DNA of 38,786 bases from Octopus sinensis (lineage: Eukaryota). Below the pieces are notes generated by a model. It was not told where the DNA came from and did not search any database. It worked only from the letters and a program-made list of their open reading frames with translations. The DNA is taken from assembly GCF_006345805.1 (NCBI RefSeq), contig NW_021835851.1, positions 1 to 38,786 of the forward strand, in the 5' to 3' direction. Every line of letters starts with the position of its first letter. Position 1 is the stretch's first letter. Position numbers and translations under genes: made by a program. Below, one piece after another: positions 22,205 through 31,074 of this stretch.

Positions 22205-22207
<3 letters not shown>
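21898..22207. repeat. 310-bp spacerless near-perfect palindrome
   Basis: Arms 21898-22052 and 22053-22207; I found only two single-base indels. Confidence 0.95.
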
Positions 22208-22274
<67 letters not shown>

Positions 22275-22379
22275 ATATATATAGATGTATGTATAATAAA
22301 ATATATGCTACATACAAACATATATGTACGTACCACATCTACATGTATATATACTGCATATATAATATATATACGTGAG

Positions 22380-22860
22380 TACAGGACACCGCAACTAGAC
22401 GTAGAACTGAACGAAAAACGAAAACGGAAAAGCCATATTTTTACAACAAAAAAACAGAGACGTGGAACTCAACGAGAAACGAAAACGGGAAAAACATTAT
22501 TTTTTACAACAGAAAAACAAGGTACAGGACATACTACACAAGGAGAAATCCCTAATCATCAGCTGTCACTAGCAGACTCAAGCTTGTTTCGAAGGCAAGA
22601 CAGGACACGACTCGTCAATTAATCCTTCCTGCGAGAGAATTAAAATAAAATTGCCTCGCAGACGGGTAAAAACAGACAATGAAAAAATGTAACAAAAACA
22701 GGACGCAAAAACGACACAAATAAAACTGCAAAATAAAATACAAGATAAAAATACATGTACAAGAAAGTACAAAACGAGAAATAAAAAGAAATTACAATGC
22801 GAGAAATCAAAATGGACAAGAAAAACAAACGAGAAAAACAAACGAAAAGGCCTTTTTTCT
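22380..22860. repeat. A-rich, CpG-containing unclassified repeat with a ~60-bp tandem duplication
   Basis: AGACGT(A/G)GAACT..CGAAAACG..TTTTTTACAAC occurs twice at about 22394-22515. Confidence 0.55.
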
Positions 22861-22984
22861 GGCCTTTTATGTATATATATATATATATAGATATATATAT
22901 ATATATATATCTATGCTATATGCTTGTGCATATATACATATATATATATATATTATATATATAGAGAGAGAGAGAGAGAGAAAT

Positions 22985-23160
22985 TCAGGGTGAGTACTTG
23001 ATAATTGTAAGCACCTGTATATACCGTTAGGTGGTGGAGTAAATTAATCAAAATAAAAACATGATGCCAGGATTCCACGGTACATATGTTTCGGGCCTTT
23101 ATTAGACGGATTTATAACAATGCATAATGTGTGTCTATAGCCTTCTTCAGCCGCGCACAA
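22985..23160 (-). mobile_element. Penelope-like terminal-repeat fragment
   Basis: Carries HHR3; abuts a (TA)n/(GA)n tract. Confidence 0.55.
23076..23155 (-). ncRNA. Type-I hammerhead ribozyme HHR3 with long helix/loop II
   Basis: Minus strand reads CGCGG CUGAAGA AGGCU..UAGAC..GUCUA..GGCCC GAAA CAUAUG U A CCGUG. Helix I 5 bp, perfect palindrome ACAUAUGU, triplet GUA; the first pair of helix II is A.C. Confidence 0.65.
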
Positions 23161-23949
23161 CTACTACCTCAAGGACATGTATTTCATCAAAAATTCTACG
23201 TTGGGGATGCAAATCCTCTCATTCGCGTACGACTATCATCTTTCTGATGTTCATTACATTGAGAATGTCAAAACTAAGAATATTATTATAGATGATGTGC
23301 CTGACATATGAATCATTCAAATGCTTAACGTGTGTAGCCCTCACAAGAAATAACTATTTATGTTATATTTATTTATTGATTCAGTTTCTCCTTATTAAAA
23401 TAGTACTGCGATGTCTATATTTCGGAAAGAAGTCGGAAAATAAAATGAATCCTCTTCGGAGTTTGCTTCCCGTAATTGCTAGAGAAAAATTCAGAAGTTA
23501 ATTAGACTCTGACATTTAGTTTTAACCTCGGCCTTATATGTAGTTCTAGTTTAAATTTTTAATTTTATCGTTGTTGGACCTTAACAGAAACCTACTTTGT
23601 TAAACTGGCCTTCTATTCTAAATGAAAGCCTGAAATTTATTAAAACTACTACTACAGTATATGTGGCGCTCATAAAGATACAGACATTCCGTGTAAGGTT
23701 GACAAACGCTGATGTAATTGAACCTGGATTTTCTAACGAACTTCCTCCATGTAAAAGTAAATTACTTGCTTAATTTTTCTCCAGTGTTTACCTGTCTCAT
23801 CTGCATCAACCGAGCTAGAGATCTGAGCATGATGGCTTTTGTTGCTCTCAACAGGTGTGTATTAAAGCTAGCTCCATTCCTCAAAAAATTTTTTTAATTT
23901 CTGTGTCCAAAGATCTCTACCCGCTTATAAAACCTGGGATGTGCATCTT

Positions 23950-24125
23950 CTATCTCAAGGGCTACCGTTCTGATTCCAGTAACTGGAGTTGACCTAAAGC
24001 CCAAAGACTCTAAATTGTTGTCAAAGATAGAGCTTCAAAGCAGGCAAAGGTATGTTTGGAGAACTTTTGATGTTATACTGGCTTGGAGCTAAACATCAAT
24101 AAGTGCAACGTATTAAATAACAACC
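23950..24125 (+). pseudogene. Highly decayed non-LTR reverse transcriptase relic (L1/Tx1-like)
   Basis: Order SQGLPF, then a decayed ADD-position segment, then IVVKDRASKQAKVCLENF*CYTGLELNINKCNVL matches the RT motif order QG / YADD / GLxINxxK. Stops and frameshifts throughout. Confidence 0.45.
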
Positions 24126-24569
24126 TTTTTTGCGACCTTACAAACTTCAGACAATATACCTTCACTCTTGACTACGTCTATCCAGCAAACGTCAACTTAG
24201 AGAAGGTAAAGCGGAGTAAGGACTCAAATACCACATCCAAGTAAATAACATACGATGTTGAAAACATCTGTATCTACAATTCATAAGGTTTAACTTTAAA
24301 CGTACATGGTTCTAAAATGTATCTGGGCGGGTTTTTTTAAGGTTCTGAAACTGACGGGACATATTTTGGTTCAAACAGGGATCCTTCATCTATAAAAATT
24401 TCATTTTATTTCTACTATGGTATGGGACTATCTCTCTCTCTCTCTCTCTCCTCTTTCTCTCTCTCCCTCTCTGTCTCTATCTCTTTCTTTCTCTCTCTCA
24501 CTCACACTCTCTTTCGTTCACTCTCACTTTCTCTCCCCATCTTTCTCTCCCTCTCTCTCCCTCCCTATG

Positions 24570-24626
<57 letters not shown>

Positions 24627-24659
24627 TTATTTATCTCCCTGTATGTATATGTATATATA

Positions 24660-24872
24660 CAGCGATGGTCAAAAGTCACCTGACAGTAAATCAAACCCAT
24701 TTAATTCAAAGGTTAAAACAAAAAATAGTCAAATGTTGGAAAAAAACGGTGATTTTAATTCATAGGATTCAATTATTAAATATTCATAATTAGAATGAAT
24801 AAATAAAGTTGAATATTAAGTATGTATTTATGGAATTTTGATTTACTGTCGGGTGCCTCTTGGCCAACCTTG
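24660..24872. mobile_element. Tc1/mariner-type MITE (degenerate TIRs)
   Basis: Left CAGCGATGGTCAAAAGTCACCTGACAGTAAATC versus right (reverse complement) CAAGGTTGGCCAAGAGGCACCCGACAGTAAATC; TA on the left flank. Confidence 0.7.
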
Positions 24873-25011
24873 CACATATATATATATATAAAGAGAGAGA
24901 GAGAGAGGCAGAGACAGAGGGAGAGAGAGGGAAATATGCTTGGTAGGATAATTATAGAAATTCTTCTACCAGTGTCCTAGCATGTATAAAATAGTCAATA
25001 GACAATATATT

Positions 25012-25601
25012 TTTCATATAAAATTAGTGTATATTTAAAACACAAAGGAGGTGACCCTAACAGGATACCTTACATGCTAGAAGGAACAGTCAAAATCCAA
25101 ACCACGGTTAAGAGTAATTTCGAAGGGAATGAAAAATAAAAACATTTACCATATTTACCTAGGTTTTGAGCTTCAATTAACAAATAAAATAATTTGCTTG
25201 GCGAATTTGTGATGAGCGGGTACGCCCAAAAATGAACATATAATTTGTGATCAGCTGGTACGCCAGAAATTAACATAATTAACAAAATAGCACATGTCTC
25301 ATCTTTATCTATTTGAAACATTATGGTATATACAGATGAGACATATACTGTTTTGTTTGACAATTATATGTTAATTTTTAGTGTAGCCGCTGATCAAAAC
25401 TTCGCCAAGCAAATTATTTTATTTGTTAATTAAAGTTCGAAACCTAGGTCCGGTAACAAAATATGGTAAATGTTTTTATTTTTCATTCCCTTCGAAATTG
25501 TTCTTAACTGTGGTTTGGATTTTGGCTGTTCCTTCTAGCATGTAAAATGTCCTGTTAGGGTCACCTCTTTTGTGTTTACATGTACACTAATTTTATATGA
25601 A

Positions 25602-25602
<1 letters not shown>
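25012..25602. mobile_element. ~590-bp imperfect fold-back element, probably head-to-head PLE terminal repeats
   Basis: Arms 25012-25219 and 25387-25602 are clear reverse complements; pairing continues inward (ATGTCTCATCT/AGATGAGACAT) to a loop of about 28 nt; the right arm has a hammerhead-like fold. Confidence 0.8.
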
Positions 25603-25965
<363 letters not shown>

Positions 25966-25969
25966 CACT

Positions 25970-26297
25970 GGCGTGGCTGTGTTGTAAGACGCTTGATTCT
26001 CAACCACATGGTTCCGGCTTCAGTCCCACTGCGTGGCACCTTGGGCAAGTGTCTTTTACTATAGCCTCGGGCCGACCAAAGCCTTGTGAGTGGATTTGGT
26101 AGACGGAAACTGAAAGAAGCCTGTCGTATATATGTATATATGTATGTATCTATATTTATTTGTGTGTGTCTTTGTCTCTGTGTTCGTCCCCCACCATCGC
26201 TTGACAACTAATGCTGGTCTGTTTATGTATTCGAAACTTAGCGTTTCGGCAAAAGAGGCTATTAGAATAAGTACAAAGAATAAGTCATAGGGTCGAT
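25970..26297 (+). mobile_element. SINE family A, 3'-truncated
   Basis: Head and body intact; ends at AGGGTCGAT. Confidence 0.88.
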
Positions 26298-26665
26298 AGA
26301 TAAACGAAAAACGTACTCCCTCTAGAGAGATATGAATATCATGCAATGTACAATTATCAAAATAAAAGCTACTAGTACTTTTCTTGGCATTAATACAAGT
26401 GGTTAGGAACACCGGATGTAATCGTGGGAGAATCGAGGAGAAATCCACGCCATGTGTAAATGGTCGTTAGAATTGCAACATATGCGTAACTGATATATCG
26501 CTGTTTCAGTTAGTTCCAAACATTCGGCCACATTACTTAATTCTAGATCCGAAATTTTCAGCAAATATAAGCATATGGAAAAATTTCTTTTGGCAGACAT
26601 GAGGACACTACCGACTTCAGATTGAATAACAGCATCCCAGACCTGGAACCTTGTATGTTGAAATA

Positions 26666-26962
26666 CAGCAATCCTTCGACTATCGCGGGTGTTACGTTCC
26701 TAAACCTCCAACAGAAATAATAAAAATGTAAAAAAAATATAAATACCTATCGGCTACAGAAACCCGCGATATACTGAGGAATTCGTGATATAAATTTATT
26801 TATATTAGCCAGAAAAATCTACGATCTACTGAGTGCACGATGAGTGAACCACGATATACTGAGTGCGCGATAGGTGAACCGCAATGTGCTGAGTGCGCGA
26901 TAGGTGAACCGTGATGTACTAAGTACGCGATAGGTGAAACGCGATATGGCGAGGAATTACTG
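26666..26962 (+). mobile_element. pogo/Tigger-like MITE with a 30-bp subterminal array
   Basis: TIRs CAGCAATCCTTCGACTATCGCG and (reverse complement) CAGTAATTCCTCGCCATATCGCG; TA at 26664-26665 and 26963-26964; four 30-bp units at 26821-26940. Confidence 0.8.
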
Positions 26963-27668
26963 TATTCTAAAACAACTAGTTTAATTATGACTTCTGTGAT
27001 TAAAGGGGACGTAACGCTAAATTTGTTCTCGTTTCTTTTTCCGTTTGGCTTCTCTTTCAACATTTTCCATCAAACTTTTTCTCTTTTCTTGCGGTTTCTT
27101 ATGCACCAGGGTCCTAATTTTAAGATACTACAATGCATGTACTCAGAACTTGGAGACTGCTTGGAGACAGAACGCACGTTATAAAAACTTGCCTAACCAC
27201 GTGTCTTACTGGCAAGAAACTATTTAGAAGCGCTTTGTAAATATAGTGTACATCGAATTATGTATGATATGATACGATATGATATTCTATGAGCTGAGAA
27301 CACTATAGGACTATGAAAGGCATATTTACACTCTATTAAAGGTACTGAGTTCTCTTTCTCCCTTTCGCAAAACCAAACGTATTTATACATATTAATATAT
27401 TTATTTATATGCACGTCTGTACCTAAGTAAATCTATTTTAACCTTTAGATAATGTAGCAGACATCCAACTGCGTCACATATTCTGTCATTTAAATCTTTC
27501 GCTATATTCACATATTTAATCGTTTCACTTTATGCATCTAACATACAAATAGATATCTCACAATCATGTTAGTTGCCATGCCATAAATACTTTAATAAAA
27601 TATATTTTACAGCTCACAGCTAACTCTAACATTCCAAAGGTTATTGTGAAAAACTTTTACAGCCCCAA

Positions 27669-27721
<53 letters not shown>

Positions 27722-28429
27722 GTATGATGTATGTATGTATGTATATGTGTGTTTGAGTATTTATGTATGTATAAACAATGATGTATGTGTGTACATATAT
27801 ACCCATGCAGTCATATATGTGTGTGTTTATGTGTTTGCCATTGAGACAATGGAAGAGGTTTGTCTTAAGATTATGACAGGGGAAGAAATAAAAATTGCCA
27901 GACATAGAACTCGAAATATCACAAGACAATTCTTCCATCATGTTTGACCGTTGTTTCCTAACCCGAACATGACAATATGGCTCCTACAAAATCTACACAC
28001 ACACACATATATGAATATATATACGCACATAGACATTTACGGCTTTTGTTAAGTCAAAGATCAATAAACACGTACGTAGAAACATACGTTCATACGCACA
28101 CCCGGACCACACAAGCCAGCGTAGATCTTTATAGATTGACGCATACTCATGTGTGCGTGTGTATGTGTGTATGCCAGTGTGTTTGCGAATGTATCTGTGT
28201 GTGTGTCAATGTGTGTAAGAAAATGCATACACACACACATATGTATATAAACACATTCATATCCATGCATGTCTGCATATGACAGTTTCTCTACCACTAC
28301 CTTCCTCACTCCGTTTCTTTCTCTCTCTACCTCTCTGTCTCACTCTGTCTCTGTCTCTCCGTCTCTCTCTTTCTCTCTTTCTTTCTCTCTTTCTATATAT
28401 ATATGTATATATATATACACATACGCACT

Positions 28430-28461
<32 letters not shown>

Positions 28462-28528
28462 CACACATGTATACATGTATTTATGCATGTATGCTTGGTG
28501 TGGGGAAACATTACCTTTCTTGGAATTA

Positions 28529-28570
28529 GGTGAGGGTTGGCGATAGGAAAGGCATCCGTCCGTAGATAAT
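28529..28570 (+). mobile_element. RTE-clade 5'-UTR-like motif (fragment)
   Basis: GGGTTGGCGATAGGAAAGGCATCCGTCCGTAGA resembles the GTTG(G)CG..AGGAAGGGCATCC motif of RTE/Expander 5' regions; recalled from memory, not aligned. Confidence 0.4.
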
Positions 28571-28783
28571 CCGCTCCACTAAACCACATGTGATACTTGT
28601 AAGAATGGATAAGAGAACGTTAAATGGATTATATATGCGTGTGTCCGCGCGAGTGTATATGTGTGTATGTATGCATTTACGCAGGTATTTTTACATATAT
28701 TCATAAATGCACGCACATAAAAAGTATATACGTATACACTATTTTTGTGTCAGCGCTCATATCTGTGCATGGTGGTAGTGAAT

Positions 28784-29395
28784 GCAGAGAGTGCGGTGAA
28801 TAAATTGTCGTCTAAATTATGCAAAAATGAAAATAATACTGACATTTCATTTTAAAAGATATATTTACCAAAATTACATAAAAAATATCTTGAAATACTA
28901 AAGAGTAAATTTATTCAATAAAATCGCCATTGGCTTTAGCGATGACCTCCAGACGACTTCGAATTCTCCTACAATTCTTCTAGGCGGTCTCCCTGTTTAA
29001 GTTGGTAGATGTTGCCATAATCCTTGCCTTCAGTTCATTTTTGGTATTACAAGGAGTTTTGTTGGTCTATTGGCCAACTGCGCCCCGCACATAATAATCA
29101 AGGGCGTTGCAGTCTTGAGAGTTAGGTGGCCATATGTTAGGCATGATGTGGTCGCAGAAATTGTCTGACAGCCATGAGTGGGTTCTCCTGCTTGTGTACA
29201 TGGTGCAGAGTTCTGTTGCTAGACATATGGTTTTCCAGCAGCCATCCTCTTCACTCAAGGCAGCACTACCTCCTCCAGGCACTACATGTAGGCCTCCGTG
29301 TTGAGTGTGAGACCGTGTGGGAAGATGAAAGGTGGCAAAACGTCAACCGCACTAGTGATCACTCCAAACACCATGATGTCGACTGGAAGTTTGAT
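28784..29395 (-). mobile_element. Tc1/mariner-superfamily transposase relic (DDD type, maT-like), C-terminal half
   Basis: IMVFGVIT..FIFPHGLTLNTEAY..QQNSAPC..SRRTHSWL..WPPNSQDCNALDYY..ELKARI..NGDFIE*, with stops and a frameshift. The D in ALDYY is the third catalytic position of DDD-type enzymes. Confidence 0.85.
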
Positions 29396-29420
29396 TTATA
29401 TAACACTCGGTACATGTTTT

Positions 29421-29862
29421 GGATTTTTCTGGCTCATATATGTAAATTTATATCGCGGACTCCTCATATATCGCGGATCTCTGCGGCCGATAGGTATTTA
29501 TATTCTTTTAAAATTTTAACTATTTCTGCGGTAAAACAAGCATTTTCACGCCTAAAAATTAATAAATTAATAAAAATAGAGTACAGTACTGCACTGTATC
29601 ACACATTAATTAAAATATATTAAAAGAAAATACGTAAGTGTACTGTGGAGGAGAAAACAAAGAATCGCACATACTGCATGGAAAACGAAACTCGGTAGGC
29701 GAGTGTGGGGTGTTGTTTTGCATTTATTATAAAATAAATATATACAAATTATAAAAATGATAAATATATATATACAGTACAGTACTGTCTCTACTTCACG
29801 GATCTTCTCCTATATCGGGGGTGGTTTGGAACATACCACCCGCGATAATCGAGGGATTACTC
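29421..29862 (-). mobile_element. Second copy of the pogo/Tigger-like MITE family, one TIR missing
   Basis: The end CGCGATAATCGAGGGATTACT matches the left TIR of 26666 inverted; 29421-29510 is the reverse complement of about 26730-26820; carries about 300 bp absent from the 26666 copy. Confidence 0.75.
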
Positions 29863-29934
29863 TATATACTTATGTGTATCTGTGTGTGTGTACGTGTGTG
29901 TGTGTGTGTGTGTGTACGTGTGTGTGTGTGTGTT

Positions 29935-30140
29935 AAATAAAATGAGACAACAATGCCAAAGCTGTGTGGAATTTTCAGGACATTTACAAACTGAAAGTTA
30001 GTCTTACAGTTGTTTCTACTACATTATGGGTATCCCTTTATCAAGGATGATGTGAGATGGTTAAATAGATGGAAATAGTAGAGTTCAATATAAGGAATTA
30101 TTTTGGAAAAAATGGAAAGTAGAAATATAAAAGGAAATAA
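29935..30140 (-). mobile_element. Probable decayed Penelope-like terminal repeat
   Basis: Minus strand UUGAUAA..GAAACAACUGUA is a hammerhead-like remnant at 30002-30047, next to (TG)n. Confidence 0.35.
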
Positions 30141-30167
30141 GAAGAATATATATATATATATATATAT

Positions 30168-30350
30168 CTTTTTCTTTTACTTGTTTCAGTCATTTGACAG
30201 TGGCCATGCTGGAGCACCGCCTTTAGTCGAGCAAATCGACTCCAGGACTTATTCTTTGTAAGCATAGTACTTATTCTAACGGTCTCTTTTGCTGAACCGC
30301 TAAGTTACGGGGATGTAAACATACTAGCATCGGTTGTCAAGCAAACATAA
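30168..30350 (-). mobile_element. SINE family A, 3' half
   Basis: TTGTTTCAGTCATTTGAC..GCCATGCTGGAGCACCGCCTTTAGTCGAG; breaks at (CA)n. Confidence 0.9.
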
Positions 30351-30524
30351 ACACACGCACACACACACACACACATATATATACATATATATAGTGCAAA
30401 GTAAGATAGGGTTTGAATTTGTTCCTCCATTTTCTTATTTGTATTATGAATTTACGGTATACATACATATATATATATATATTATATATATATATATATA
30501 TCAAAAAATATATATGCATATATC

Positions 30525-30558
<34 letters not shown>

Positions 30559-30597
30559 CAAAAAAAATTTGCATATATGTATGTATATATATATAGG

Positions 30598-31016
30598 TGA
30601 GAAAGTTGGTATGTGAAAGCACGTGGTTGAATATATAGAAAATAGTAAAAAGTGAAAAAACTACAGAAGGCTTGTTTTAGAAGGTTAAATAAATATATAT
30701 TTGAGTCAATATGTCTGAAGGATGTTATAAATTTTTTTCCTACAATGACATAGTTTTTGAAGAAATGACCGGTTTCGCGTTCAGCTTTTCAAATTTCTTA
30801 CATCGTTATGTTTACGTTGAGAAGAGTTATCGTTATGTTTATGTTGAGAAGAGTTTCAGATAAGGGGAGGTAATAAGTGATTTCTTCCGGTGTAAGGGAG
30901 ATAATCGCTTAAAATTTCTTGCCTTTCTTTTGGAGTGAATTTCTCTGTGTAAGTATGTTGGAATGGTTAAGTTTGGGCTTGTATTTTTCAATGAAGAATG
31001 TTTCCTTGTTTAGTCT
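30598..31016 (-). mobile_element. Penelope-like element 3' end (GIY-YIG tail plus terminal repeat)
   Basis: 31016-30909 reads RLNKETFFIEKYKPKLN..*, matching the RxxxExxxIxKxKPxLN ending of PLE GIY-YIG domains. A hammerhead follows about 110 nt downstream; (TA)n on both sides. Confidence 0.75.
30760..30799 (-). ncRNA. Minimal type-I hammerhead ribozyme HHR4 (U3-A8 variant)
   Basis: Minus strand reads AAGAAAU UUGAAAA GC-UGAAC-GC GAAA CCGG U C AUUUCUU. Helix I 7 bp, palindrome ACCGGU, triplet GUC; helix II only 2 bp. Confidence 0.72.
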
Positions 31017-31074
31017 ATATATATGTTTCCTTGTTTAGTCTATATATATATATGCATATATGTATATATATATA

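Larger units (their letters stand above)
21553..22207 (-). mobile_element. Penelope-like / retrozyme-like non-coding unit with inverted 5' duplication
   Basis: 20-bp direct repeats at 21571-21590 and 22026-22045 (455-bp period), one hammerhead, 310-bp palindrome at 21898-22207, (TA)n at both ends. Confidence 0.7.

Noticed and set aside
22570-22635. Minus-strand GAAGG/CCUUC stem + GAAAC-AAGCUU-GAGUC
   Set aside because: Looks like half a hammerhead but has no CUGAnGA core and no helix I.
26821-26940. 30-bp repeats reminiscent of a CRISPR array
   Set aside because: No unique spacers, units are contiguous, context is eukaryotic, and they lie inside a MITE.
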